From Octopus vulgaris (taxonomy: Eukaryota): a stretch of DNA of 64,000 nucleotides. Under the pieces are notes generated by a model. It searched no databases. It saw only the letters and a list, made by a program, of their open reading frames with translations, and was not told the origin of the DNA. Positions 28,063 to 42,706 of this stretch are shown in pieces. The translations under genes were made by a program, and so were the position numbers. The DNA lies in contig OX597829.1 in the NCBI GenBank assembly GCA_951406725.2, forward strand, positions 14,074,001-14,138,000, in the 5' to 3' direction. Position 1 is the first letter of the stretch; each line of letters begins with the position of its first letter.

Positions 28063-28104
<42 letters not shown>

Positions 28105-28393
28105 CATGCATATTTTATTTTGTCTGGGGAGAGTCATTCTGTCTTAATGCCTTATTAATTAACACACTCAACGGTTCGATTTCCACTCATATACTTTTTA
28201 ATTTTTTCTTGGAACCTCTTCAATAGTCGTTGACTCTGACCGCTATCGAAGCTGCGTACACATATTTGCATATATATTATGTATGTATGTACGTATGTAT
28301 GTGTGTATGTATGTATGTATGTATGTATGTATGTATGTATGTATGTATGTATGTATGCATATATCCATACGTATATATATATATATATGTATA

Positions 28394-28438
<45 letters not shown>

Positions 28439-28516
28439 ATATTATATATATACACATATATACATCATGTATGTATGTATGTATATATATATATATACAT
28501 ACATATATATATATAA

Positions 28517-28549
<33 letters not shown>

Positions 28550-28641
28550 GTAAATGGTCTTTTTACATACTAAAAACTACATGGTAAAATTAATTAATAA
28601 TTAATTAATTTTACCCTTTTATTATTGATAATATATATATA

Positions 28642-28711
<70 letters not shown>

Positions 28712-28768
28712 AATATGTATATATATATTTATTTATATATATATCTTTATTATATATATATATATATC

Positions 28769-28843
<75 letters not shown>

Positions 28844-29131
28844 GAATATATATATATATCTTTATTTATATATATATATCAACTTTAGACATAGTATTAT
28901 GTCAATTTATTTATTTACTAAAAGGACAATTATAACAATATAATAGCGGTCAGAGTCAACGACTATTGAAGAGGTTCCAAGAAAAAATTAAAAAAGTATA
29001 TGAGTGGAAATCGAACCGTTGAGTGTGTTAATTAATAAGGCATTAAGACAGAATGACTCTCCCCAGACACAATAAAATATGTATGTATGTATATATATAT
29101 ATATATATTTATATATATAGGAGTTATGTAT
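28051..29131. repeat. ~190-bp inverted repeat (28051-28246 and 28943-29131) around microsatellites
   Basis: GTCTGGGGAGAGTCATTCTG...GACTCTGACCGCTAT versus ATAGCGGTCAGAGTC...CAGAATGACTCTCCCCAGAC. Confidence 0.9.
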
Positions 29132-29358
29132 GTCTATCCTAAGACTGAGAATTTGGAGAGGAAAAAAATGACAAACAGCAGCAGATCATGCGTTCTTTGG
29201 TCACTGATGAAGTATCATATTCCTAGTGGTGGACATCCCTCGAACGCCAGTGAACTGATGTGATTTTATGTTAAAACAAAAAAAACAACAAACACTACAC
29301 GTAGTTGTACGTGCACACAGATATACACTATCATATACAGATAACTATACACACTTGT

Positions 29359-29410
<52 letters not shown>

Positions 29411-29416
29411 AATATG

Positions 29417-29553
29417 TAGCAGAAGTAACAGAGTAACTCAGGATCCGACAGTTTCGTGCGTTGGTATTTATCAAACTAGTCACATGTCGACTAGTTTGGT
29501 AAGTGCCAACCCACGAAACTCTCGGATCCCAAGTTAGTCTGTTACTTCTGCTA
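29417..29553. repeat. ~137-bp imperfect hairpin
   Basis: TAGCAGAAGTAACAGA...AAACTAGTC / GACTAGTTT...TCTGTTACTTCTGCTA. Confidence 0.85.
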
Positions 29554-29767
29554 AACATTGATAATACTATACATATATTCATATTCTGAGCCCTATTTTT
29601 CCTGTTTACATCGACTGTCCAGCTCCTTTATTCTTGCCTTATACATGTAAGTATATTGTTATAATTGTCCTTTTAGTAAATAAATAAATTGACATAATAC
29701 TATGTCTAAAGTTGATGAATACCACCTATTGACCCCCCTCCATTTTCTGATTGCTGTCTCTCTCTCC

Positions 29768-29844
<77 letters not shown>

Positions 29845-30434
29845 CATACACACACATGTATGTAAAAAAACACGTGACAGATAGACATACATACCTATAT
29901 ATAAGATGCGCAGTGCGTGCACACATCGAGCACTCACACCGTTATATTATACATATGCATACGTATATATATACATAAAGATGTGTGCGTGTATACGCGC
30001 ACGTGCACGTGCATATAACTGTGTGTGTGTGAGAGAGAGAGAGAGGGAGAGAGAGAAAGAGAGAGAAAGCGAGAGAGAGAGAAAATGTGTTCTCTTTTGA
30101 TTTGGAGCGTTATGTGTAATACTCCCATTGGCCAATCCCCTAACCCGTCTTCATTTAGCCCACCCTTCGACTTCACATGGGCCCAAGTCATTACCAGTAA
30201 GAACAAGGTATAATGCATTAAGGTTATATTGTGTCACACAAAAAATGTGTGTGACTGAATGCGTGTGTGCAACAGTGGAGACTGAATAGCCCAGCCTGAG
30301 GTGAAATTCTGAGTAAACTGTCCGGTTGAGAGATAGAAAGATAGATAGAGAGAGAGAGTATGGCAGACAGCGGCATATCTATAGATATGCGTGTATGTGT
30401 AACTATATATATATATGTGTGTGTGTGTGCATAC

Positions 30435-30467
<33 letters not shown>

Positions 30468-30471
30468 AATA

Positions 30472-30525
<54 letters not shown>

Positions 30526-30993
30526 TATATGTATATATATGTGCATACCTATTTATCTATCTAACTATCTACCTATCTATCTATTCATATATATATATAT
30601 ATGTGCATACCTATCTTTCTATCTATCTAACTATCTATCTATCAATCTATTTATATATTTATATATATATATATATATCTGTGTGTGTTTGATATATATA
30701 TATATATATCTGTGTGTGTGTTTGATATATATATATCAAACACACACACACACATACATTTTTGAATATATACGTATACTTTTTCTTTTTATCTTTTACT
30801 TGTTTCAGACACCGATTTAAAGTACTGCGCTTGCAGACTTTATAATTATTTTGAAAAGCCCGGTACTTATACTATCAGTCCCCTTTGCGGAACGATAGTT
30901 TACGGGGACGAAAACGCACAAACACTGGCTGTCTAGCGGCGGTAAGTGACAAAAGCATACACAAACGCGCACGTTCGCATATATATATACATG

Positions 30994-31034
<41 letters not shown>

Positions 31035-31039
<5 letters not shown>

Positions 31040-31450
31040 AATAAAATATATGCATATATACATACATATATGTACATAATTACATCTATATGTATATATA
31101 CATGCATATATGAGTACAGGACACCACAAATATACGTAGAACACAACGAGAAACGAAAACATAAAATTAAACAAGGAAACGGACTTTTTTTTTAACAACG
31201 AAAAAAACAGAGTACAAGACAAACAACACAAGGAACATTCCCCTTCTTCAGCTGACCCTGGTTCGACTCAATGCGTGTTTCCAAGATAAGGGCAGAACAC
31301 GGCCAGGCCGAAGTAGTCCTTCGTGCAAAAGGAACTAAAAAAAATTATTTTGCAGAGGAGTTAAACAAGTGACAAGAACAGGACGTAAGTGCAATACAAA
31401 TGAAGAAAAGACAGTACAAATAAAGAATAACAGGACAAGGAAACCAACAC
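31035..31450. repeat. Family C repeat, long copy
   Basis: Collinear with 20000-20400. Confidence 0.7.
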
Positions 31451-31455
31451 ACACA

Positions 31456-31523
<68 letters not shown>

Positions 31524-31611
31524 CATATATATCTATGCATATATATATATATATATATATATATAAACATATATATATATATATTTATATGTATATGTCT
31601 TTATACATATA

Positions 31612-31767
31612 TAGTCCCTCGACTAGCAGAGTGTTACGTTCCAAAACTTTCCACAGAATTAATTAAAATCTGAAAATATATAAATACCTATCAGCCGCAG
31701 AAACCCCGATATACTGAGGAACCCATGATTTAAATTAACATACAATAGCCGATATGACGAGGGATTA
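31612..31767. mobile_element. Possible decayed pogo/Tigger-type MITE
   Basis: Ends TAGTCCCTCG and CGAGGGATTA are 9/10 inverted and resemble pogo-family TIRs. Confidence 0.4.
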
Positions 31768-31871
31768 TTCTAAATATGTGTGTGTGTGTGTGTATGCGTG
31801 TGTGTGTGTGTGTGTGTGTGTGTTTGTGTGTGTGTGTGAGCGCGCGCGTTTGTAAATGTACATATATATGT

Positions 31872-31913
<42 letters not shown>

Positions 31914-31940
31914 TATATATGTAAAGGTAGTTATATATAT

Positions 31941-32349
31941 TACTCTTTTACTCTTTTATCTGTTTCAGTCATTTGACTGCGGCCATGCTGGAGCACCGCC
32001 TTTAATCGAGCAACTCGACCCCGGGACTTATTCTTTTGTAAGCCCAGTACTTATTATATCGGTCTCTTTTGCCGAACCGCTAAGTAACGGGGACATAAAC
32101 ACACCAGCATCGGTTGTCAAGCAATGCTAAGGGGACAAACACAGACGCACAAACACACACACGCATATATATATATACATATATACGACGGGCTTCTTTC
32201 AGTTTCCGTCTACCAAATCCACTCACAAGGCTTTGGTCGGCCCGAGACTATAGTAGAAGACACTTGCCCAAGGTGCCACGCAGTGGGACTGAACCCGGAA
32301 CCATGTGGTTGGTAAACAAGCTACTTACCACACAGCCACTCCTGCGCCT
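31941..32349 (-). mobile_element. SINE family A, full length
   Basis: Complete from the AGGCGCAGGAGTGGCTGTGTGG head to the (GTAAAAGA) tail, in reverse complement. Confidence 0.9.
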
Positions 32350-32352
32350 ATG

Positions 32353-32427
<75 letters not shown>

Positions 32428-32509
32428 TTATGTATGTATAGATATATATATATATAAGTATGTATGTGTATATATGTGTGTGAGTGTGTGTATTCGTATA
32501 AACGTAGAT

Positions 32510-32780
32510 AACCTTAGATATGTTTCGACCAAAGATTGGTCCAGGCCATGTCTAACTTAATGGCACCACCTGATAGGATTATCTAAATCCATTTTAAGTT
32601 TTGTGGTATAATGGTTGATTCGAGTAGAGAATTCTTATCGAGTGAGTTGTATCCAGGTATAGGTGGCTTATCTGGGATTAATTGAAGAAATTTGTCCAGA
32701 TTCCGTTTAAAGGTAGTGGGAGGCTTTTTATCTTTCATCTGTTTCGGGACCATGTTAAACAGGGCAGGGCCTGTTTTATT
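32510..32780 (-). mobile_element. 3' end of a CR1/L2-group LINE (RT C-terminus and 3' UTR stem-loop)
   Basis: Manual translation [29 protein letters not shown]; terminal stem-loop GACCAA-TCT-TTGGTC. Confidence 0.6.
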
Positions 32781-32812
32781 TATATATACATATATTCCTA
32801 TGCATTTATGTG

Positions 32813-32894
<82 letters not shown>

Positions 32895-32899
<5 letters not shown>

Positions 32900-33417
32900 T
32901 TGTTTTCGTTTCTCGTTGTGTTCTACGTCTATTTGTAATGTCCTGTACTCACGTATATATATTTATATATGCATGTATATATACATGTAGATGTAGGTAC
33001 GTACATATATGTATGTATATATGTATGCATATATTTTATTTATTACACTATTGTATGACTGAGCGCCCTCGCGTCGATTCGTTTCGTTTCGTTTCTTCTT
33101 CTCCAAGTACTGTTTTATATATATATATATATATATAATAAATAAAATATATGCAAATATACATACATATATGTACATACTCACATCTACATGTATATAT
33201 ACATGCATATATATATATATATGAGTACAGAACACCACAAATAAACGTAGAACACAACGAGAGACGAAAACAGAATCAAACAAGGAAACGGATTTCTTTT
33301 AACAACGAAAAAACAAGAAAACGGATTTTTTTAAAACAACGAAAAAACAGAGTACAGGACAAACAATACAAGGAAAATTCCCCTTCGTCACCTGGTTCGG
33401 CTCAATGCGTGTTTCGA

Positions 33418-33420
<3 letters not shown>
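32895..33420. repeat. Family C repeat present as an inverted pair around (TA)n
   Basis: TCTCGTTGTGTTCTACGT at ~32911 versus ACGTAGAACACAACGAGA at ~33245. Confidence 0.7.
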
Positions 33421-33466
<46 letters not shown>

Positions 33467-33611
33467 TCTGCGCACGCACACACACAGTGTTAAATATCCA
33501 CCGTTTCAAAGTGTTGGATATAAATCTATAGGTATGTTTCATAGTGTATTACACCAATTAAACGAAACACTGTTGACGCACACAGAATTTTATATACATA
33601 GGTGAATCCAT

Positions 33612-34028
<417 letters not shown>

Positions 34029-36396
34029 GTTTCTTTATTGGCCACACAGGGCTGCACACAGATGGGACAAGTTACAAGGTAGAGCTTTTCTTTTGGGGGA
34101 TGAAGAGAACAAAAAACAAAAGAAAAAAAAAGGTGGCGTAGGTTTTCGATCAAGAGGGATCGTAAAAGGGAAGAAAAGAACAAAAAAAAAATTGAATAAA
34201 ATAAAAAGAATAAAAAGAAAAAAAGAGAAAAGGAAAAGGAACAACAGGAAAGAGAAATGAAAAAAGAAGAAAAAAGGGGAAAAAAAGGGGAAGAGGAAAA
34301 AAAAGAACGATCACTAGGGATCGTGTATCACAGTGTTATGATATATGGTGTAAAGGGGAAAGCAAGTAAGGTTTATCCGTGGGAAGAAAAGCCTACGAAA
34401 AAGACCACGGTAACCTTCATCAATATTGTTATATGTTACCACATTTGTTTGCAAGTGGGTAACCCTCTGTTTTCAATTTCTGGGTTCATAGGATTATGCT
34501 CAAGGATCATATTCAAGGTGGCTTCGTCATTCATACGTGCCATCCTTGCTACATTCACTCATCTTTTTTAAAACATTCGCTAGACAAATCTTGCCTCTCT
34601 ACTCTCACTTTCCTTTTCAAGTGGTACTTGAAGAAGTTGATGAGAGATTGACCAGAGAGGAAAGTGTTTGTCTCCAATCCTTTCAGACGCGTCCACCAGA
34701 TACATTCTTTCGTCATAGCCACAAGGATGATGAAAATAGCTCTTCCTTCCCGTTTGAAGGAAGGAGGCGTGACAATATTGACGATAGACTCGGCTGATAA
34801 ACCGACTCGTCCCGCACGTGACAGCAGTTGTTCGACATAAGCCCACAGGTCGGAAATTGTTGGACACTGCACGAGTGCGTGCAGAACGTTTTCGTCGCTC
34901 TGACCGCATCTCGGGCAGGTCGGCCCCGTGTTTCTCGAGCCGTGTCTGTAGAGCTTATCCCGAACGGGTAGCGCTTCTCGGTAGCACTGCCAGGCCAGGG
35001 ATCTCTGGAAGTTGTCCATGGGCCCTGGCCCGAAAGTCGTCCCGAAAAGGCGGGTCAGGTACTCCTCGTCGACGTCCAGGTTCGCCCCGAGCTCGTCGCC
35101 GTACCTCCCCTCCACTAATCCCCTATAGAATGCTTTGGTTGTGTTGAAGTCACTCAAAGTCGACCCGGGACGGCAGAGTTGCTTGAGAGCAACGCGACAC
35201 TCGCGGTGCCAATCGCCCTTCCTCGGCCTCTTTTTGATCCACGACTGCAGTTCGGTCATGGAAACGAGCTGCGGGAAAGCGTGCCTCACAAACGGCGACC
35301 ACACCTGTTCACCGTCGTCTACATAGAGCCAGAGATGTCGCAGTCTCAGCGCGTGTCTGTGCATCATCAACCACGGCATGCCCAGCCCTCCTTTTAGCGG
35401 GTGTTGACAGCAAATGGATCGCCTGACCATCGGGACGCATCCTTTCCACAAGAAGCGAAAGAGAATGCGTTGTAGTTTGGTGATGGTAGGGTCGGGACAA
35501 GGTACGACGGTCAGGCGGTAGTAGATGACGGACGCGATGTACGTGTTCGCCACCTCCGCCCGACCTTTTAGGGACAGTTTCCTCTCGGCCCATTGCCGGG
35601 CGAGAGTGACCACCCTACTCGTTATCTCGTTCCAGTTCTTCTCCACTTGGAGGTCCGGACCGAACCAGACCCCGAGCAACTCAACCGGGCCGTCGGTCCA
35701 GCGTCCCACGACGGAGGCGCTGGTGGACGGCATGGGCTTGCTTCTCCAGGTGCCCAGTCGCAAGCCCACTGACTTTTCCCGGTTGATTTTCGCTCTTGTC
35801 ACCGCTTCGTTGTTTTTCAGTGTCTCGCCGACCTGCTCGATGTGCTCGTGGATAGACACTATGACGGTGACGTCGTCCGCGTATGCAGACACGCTCGTCC
35901 CGCATCCCAGTTCTCGCGGGATGCCCCTCAAAGTTGCCAGCTTCCGCAATAATGGCTCGAGAGTCAATACGTATAGAAGCGACGAGAGGGGGCATCCCTG
36001 ACGGACCGAACGTGCGATGTCGAAGGGTCTCGATAGATGTCCATTCACGCGAATTACCGAACGGATGCCTCTGTACAAAGCGGCTATCCAGCCGCGGAAG
36101 ACGGGACCGAAGCATGCCGCTCTGAGGACCGCCTCCAAGTATCGATGGTCTACCCTATCGAAAGCTTTCCATTGATCCAAATTGATCAGCGCCCCACCCA
36201 TGCCAGGTTCGTTAACTACCCTGTCTATGATGTAGCGCATCAGGTGGAGGTTGTCATGGATGGTCCGGCCCGGCACGGCGCATGTTTGCGCCCTGTCGAC
36301 CAGTTTCTCGATGACAAGCGCCAACCTCTTGGCTAGCACCTTGGCCAAAATTTTCAAGTCTGCATTAAGACCATCCAAACCCGGTGATTTGTCCCT
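34029..36396 (-). mobile_element. 5'-truncated L1/Tx1-clade LINE (RT, C-terminal zinc knuckle, 3' UTR)
   Basis: KSPGLDG, QTCAVPGRTIHDN, LDQWKAFDRVDH, SVRQGCPLS, AYADDVT and CPRCGQSDENVLHALVQC. The N-terminal IYLS repeats of the listed ORF are the flanking microsatellite. Confidence 0.92.
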
Positions 36397-36505
<109 letters not shown>

Positions 36506-36801
36506 TGGTGCACGCACGCAATCTCACTCACAAACATACGCTCTGTATTTTAACCGTCTGAAAATATGTTATCAGTCCCCAAAACTCTGAAGATATTGTT
36601 ATAGACTTTGCTTAATGTTAGCAGCTGGAGATTGTTGCCTTAAAGATATCCCTGTATCACAGTATGGGGCTTCCTGAACTCCGAAGTCACTGTCAGCCTC
36701 TCACTCGTAGCGCTTGATAAATTGTAGCTCTATTAAAATGTACCGAATAATACGTCAGTTTATGGTTAATCTGTTTTTATAAGCAACTTAACATAGAAAC
36801 T

Positions 36802-36862
<61 letters not shown>

Positions 36863-36929
36863 TATATATGTATGTATGTATATATATATATGTATATATA
36901 TGTATGTATGTACGTATGTATTTATGTGT

Positions 36930-37465
36930 CAGGTCACTTTCGAGTGCAACTGGTAACATGTAACCCAGTACAACCTATTGCATGGTCGGGGCGTCGGCGA
37001 CTAAATCGGCAACCCCACCAAGCTTGCTTGGTGAGGAAGGTGTTTATTGGACACCCTGCGGGATGAAAAACATAATCCGTCAAAGAGCGGAGGATCTCTT
37101 GAGCGTCAACGGCCATCCAATAAATGTCTTAAGGCTGAATCATGCGCGGGGACGTAGAAATAATCAGACTGAATACCCGATCGCGCGGTTAAACCATTGG
37201 GAGTAAAGGACTCCTAGCCTTTGTTAGGGCATCCTTCTAGGAGAATGTAACTCAGGTAACTGGGATAACTCCGACATAAAATCTGCGGCTCAGTGGTTAC
37301 CGATGATGTTGACTTGTTCTTCTTTTCGGATTATGGCTGCTGTTGCTTAGTGAGTGGGATTGACTCAGTGCACAGCCTTTCCTCGCTTTAAAAATAATCT
37401 TCTTGCACAGGCATTGCACGATAACAACATTGATTAAGCTTCGATAACGAGGGTGCAGCCACCAT
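36930..37465 (+). mobile_element. Non-coding, probably RTE-derived non-autonomous retroelement with an (ATGT)n tail
   Basis: GC-richer block; GGGCATCCTTCTAGGAGAATGTAACTC resembles RTE 5' UTR motifs; the block runs straight into (ATGT)n. Confidence 0.45.
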
Positions 37466-37960
37466 GTATGTATGTATGTATGTATGTATGTATGTATGTA
37501 TGTATGTATGTATGTATGTATGTATGTATGTATGTGTGTATGTATGTATGTATGTATGTATGTGTGTATGTATGTATGTGTGTATGTATTATGTATGTAT
37601 ATATGTGTATGTATGTATGTATGTGTGTATGTATGTATGTATGTATGTGTGTGTATGTATGTATGTATGTGGGTGGGTGTATGTATGTATGTATGTATGT
37701 ATAAACATACACACACATACACACACACACACATATATATATATAGATATAAATATATATGTGTGTGTGTGTGTATATGTATACACACGCCAAGATAGTA
37801 TGAATATGAACAAATATATAAATTCACACATACATGCATACACACGCATGTATGTACACTCAAACGTATAATTATATGCAGCTATTCCTATATACCTGTG
37901 TTCGCGCGTACCTGTGTTTATCTATATGCCTATATATGTATATATACCTACATACATAAG

Positions 37961-37999
<39 letters not shown>

Positions 38000-38145
38000 A
38001 TGTGTATTTATGTATTCGTGTTTATATATACATATATAAATATATATGACTATATATATATACATATGCATATTCATATATGCACATATATTAGTACACA
38101 CAGATATATATGTATATATTGAAAGTATATATATAAATATATATA

Positions 38146-38181
<36 letters not shown>

Positions 38182-38198
38182 TGTATGTATGTGTGTGC

Positions 38199-38234
<36 letters not shown>

Positions 38235-38236
<2 letters not shown>

Positions 38237-38646
38237 TCTCTTTTACTCTTTTACTTGTTTCAGTCATTTGACTGCGGCCATGCTGGAGCACCGCCTTTAG
38301 TCGAGCAACTCGACCCCGGGACTTATTCTTTTGTAAGCCCAGTACTTATTCCATCGATCTCTTTTGCAGAACCGCTTAGTGACGGGGACGTAAACACACC
38401 ACCATCGGTTGTCAAACAATGCTAGGGGGACAAACACAGACACACAAACACACACACACACATATATATATATATAAATATACATATATACGACAGGCTT
38501 CTTTCAGTTTCCGTCTACCAAATCCACTCACAAAGCTTTGGTCGGCCCGGGGCTATAGCAGAAGACACTTGCCCAAGATGCCACGCAGTGGGACTGAACC
38601 CGGACCCATGTGGTTGTTTAGCAAGCTACTTACCACTCCTGCGCCT
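38235..38646 (-). mobile_element. SINE family A
   Basis: Near full length, in reverse complement. Confidence 0.9.
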
Positions 38647-38732
<86 letters not shown>

Positions 38733-39215
38733 TATTGAAAAGGTAGTTTGCATACTGTGAGAAGGATGGTTGCTGTTAAGTTGATGTGCCGGATGGGACA
38801 GTATTTGTTTGTTTGTTTGTTTGATTTAATTTATTTTTCCCTCATCCGTTTCGTTTTATCACATATCACCACCACCCTTCACCCTTACACCAGCCCATAG
38901 CCCGGCCGCCGAATGTGATAAAACGAAAGACAAAGACAAAAGAAATAATATACGATAAGATTTATAGTCGGGGCTTTTTATTGATTTCATGATGCTGAAA
39001 CTATTATATATTAGTTGCTAAGATACCTAAAATGTTTGTTGTGTCGGGTTGCTTTGTAACTGGGCGTGACATATTTCTAGCTCCAAGGTAAGATATAAAA
39101 CAGACTGGTCATCATAAGAGTTGACAGTATTCTCTACTGTGTAGTCGTCTATGTTTATACATACATACTTACATATATACATATATATGTGTGTGTGTAT
39201 GCATATGTATATGTG

Positions 39216-39328
<113 letters not shown>

Positions 39329-39385
39329 GGTTGTTACTCGACGCATATAGATATGTGTGTGCGTATTGGATACTCTGGACGCATA

Positions 39386-39815
39386 TACTCTTTTACTCTT
39401 TTACTTGTTTCAGTCATTTGACTGCGGCCATGCTGGAGCACCGCCTTTAGTCGAGCAAATCGACCCTGGGACTTATTCTTTGTAAGCCCAGTACTTATTC
39501 TATCGGTCTCTTTTGCCGGACCGCTAAGTAACGGGGATGTAAACACACCAGCATCGGTTGTCAAGCAATGCTAGGGGGACAAACACCGACACACAAACAC
39601 ACACACATACATATATATATACATATATAAGCCTGTCGTATATATACATATATACGACAGGCTTCTTTCAGTTTCCGTCTATCAAATCCACTCACAAGGC
39701 ATTGGTCGGCCCGGGGCTATAGCAGAAGACACTTGCCCAAGATGCCACGCAGTGGGACTGAACCCGGAACCATGTGGTTGGTTAACAAGCTACTTACCAC
39801 ACAGCCACTCCTGCG

Positions 39816-39818
<3 letters not shown>
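39386..39818 (-). mobile_element. SINE family A
   Basis: Full length, in reverse complement. Confidence 0.9.
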
Positions 39819-39861
<43 letters not shown>

Positions 39862-40517
39862 CATGTGTATGTATGTATGTAAAGAAAGAGATAGTGAGAG
39901 AGAGTGAGTGTGAGAGACAGACAGAGTCAAAGAAGTATATATGACATCCTGATGTCCGTAAGCTGCTGTCGTGCACTGACCTTATCAGTGTGTGTATGCG
40001 CACGCGCACGCCTGTGTGTAAATACGGACATCTCTCTATAAATGTGGTTATCGCCGATGTTCCGAAAACTCTTGTTGCGAAGTTCTGCAATCAAAGAAAG
40101 TGTAAAGTCAGGGTGTTTTTTTTTTGTTTTTTTTTTAATATAATTTCGAAATATTGCCTTTAATTCCGTCCTCACAGGTCTGCAGGCAAAATTGAACAAA
40201 TTTTCAAACTAAAACTCACAATTATTACTTTCTTTTTCGAACCACGCTAGCATCAGAGCGTTCCTTTGTTGTTGTTTTTCTATCCCAACGTACTTCTTAG
40301 CATGTTTTCTATCTTCTTCCTCACCTTGTTTGTGCGTGCACCAATTCAACTGATCTGACATATGTTACTAACAAAGCAATTGTTTCCCTCTTCATTCTTT
40401 CATGACGTCAAATATCGCTACTTAACTCAGATTCTATTGTTTTACCATTTGGTTTGGTTTTCTTGTTTTTCTCCTCCCGCAATGGGATTTTACTATTAAA
40501 CACATAATATATATATT

Positions 40518-40672
40518 AGGCGCAGGAGTGGCTGTGTGGTAAGTAGCTTGTTTACCAAACACATGGTTCCGGGTTCAGTCCCTCTGCGTGGCACCTTGGG
40601 TAAGTGTCTTCTACTATAGCCTCGGGCCGACCAATACCTTGTGAGTAGACGGAAACTGAAAGAAGCCCGTCG

Positions 40673-40731
<59 letters not shown>

Positions 40732-40926
40732 ATGTTTGTGTGTCTGTGTTTGTCCCCTTAGCATTGCTTGACAACCGATGCAGGTGTGTTTATGTCCCCA
40801 CCGATAGAATAAGTACTGGGCTTACAAAGATTAAGTCCCGGGGTCTAGTTGCTCGACTAAAGGCGGTGCTCCAGCATGGCCGCAGTCAAATGACTGAAAC
40901 AAGTAAAAGAGTAAAAGAGTAAAAGA
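40518..40926 (+). mobile_element. SINE family A
   Basis: Head to (GTAAAAGA)n tail with two short internal deletions. Confidence 0.9.
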
Positions 40927-40999
40927 ATATATAGTAAATTATGTATATAAGTAAAGGTAGTAGTACAAAATGAAGCTGCAAATTGCTTATGTTGAATGT

Positions 41000-42330
41000 T
41001 AAATTTGATATTTTTCTATGATTTAATACTCAACAAATTTCAAAAAACACTAAGTTTTGTAATGTCCAAGGTGAAAACAATACATGACAATAAAACATAT
41101 TTAAATCAAGTTCTCAAGCAGCTATTCTTGTAAACTCTGGCCATATGAAGTGAAGTATAAAATTAAACGGCTCTTCTGTGTTTAGACCAACGATTATATT
41201 TGATCATAATTGTCATATGACGATTGAAAGATGTAGTTATTAAATGCAAAATCTTTTCTTGTTAGTAAAGACGAGTTTGAAAGATTTAAGAATTATTTTA
41301 ATTTCACAACATTAAAATGACTGGTGGAATTACTGTACAGTAGCTACTCCTAATTATCCTGAGAACTAGAGAAAATCATTGCTGAAGTAAGCTTTACACA
41401 AGAACAAATGTAAAAGGTTGATGAAACTGGCCATTTCTGGAAGCATATACCTCAAAGCACTAAAATTTCAAGAAAAATAAAGACTAGCGTTTAAATCTTC
41501 GAAAAATAGTTTTATATTCCTTGTTTGAGGAATAGCTGCTGATATGAAATGAAACCCCACTTACTTATATATCATTTCTATAATTCTAGACTTTCTAAGT
41601 TTAGTTTATTTGTGATTTTATATTCAAGCAATAAGAATTGGGTAGCTACGAACCCTTTTCCATTTATTTTTACTTTGCCGTAGGAAGATATAATACCAGG
41701 TACAATATTTCCAACAACAATGTTTCTTTTAGTCAATGCACCAAGCAAGCCACCAACTGAATTAAGCTATCTTTCTGATGAAGTGAGTATGATGTATAAG
41801 ATCAAAAGCAAAGTTTTTTGTTCTAGCCAATAATTAATTAACTTGAATGCCTCTACCTGAAAGAACTTTCAAACAGCAACTAATTGATGGTAGGAGGAAA
41901 ATAAACCTGCTGTTAGAGACTTCTGGAAAAATCCAGATACAGTGGGTAGGAAGAATGGTGTTTGGCTTAACATATGACTGTATCTGACTTTACGAGTTTT
42001 CGTTTGCAGAAAGTCTTCATCAAGTAAAATATTTTGAGTATGACAAATGATGCAGGATTTGAAGAGGTCGCAGAAAATAATAGGTTCATTTATAAAGATT
42101 ACAGAGAAGTTTTTCTCATGAAGAGACTATGATATTTTAAAAGGAGCTCACTACGGAGTAAGCATTGAATATAGAAGCGCAACCGGCATCACTTCAGCCG
42201 CAAAGAATGTAGCTTTTCCTTAAGCAGTGCCGAAAAATTGTCACTTATAGAGGAAGATCTGTAAGTTTTTACTCATAGCGATACTAATCACGAAAACACC
42301 GTAAAACTCACAGGAGGAATTCACAATTCC
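41000..42330 (+). pseudogene. Highly decayed pogo/Tigger transposase
   Basis: Manual translations VSKDEFERFKN (~41260), VDETGHFWKHIPQST (~41418) and NAPS (~41735) match Tigger DDE motifs; many stops and frameshifts; boundaries approximate. Confidence 0.65.
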
Positions 42331-42359
42331 TAGACTGAGATGACACATACCCTCTCTAC

Positions 42360-42623
42360 TCTCTCTTTTACTCTTTTACTCTTTTACTCTTTTACTTGTT
42401 TCAGTCATTTGACTGTGGCCATGCTGGAGCACCGCCTTTACTCGAGCAAATCGACCTCGGGACTTATTCTTTGTAAGCCCAGTACTTATTCTATCGGTCT
42501 CTTTTGCCGAACCGCTAAGTGACGGGGACGTAAACACACCAGCATTGGTTGTCAAGCAATGCTAGGGGGACAAACACAGACACACAAACACATACAAACA
42601 CAAACATATATATATATATATAT

Positions 42624-42706
<83 letters not shown>

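Noticed and set aside
29200-29255. TCACTGATGA...CGAACGCCAGTGA
   Set aside because: No GAAA/UH geometry and no stem II.
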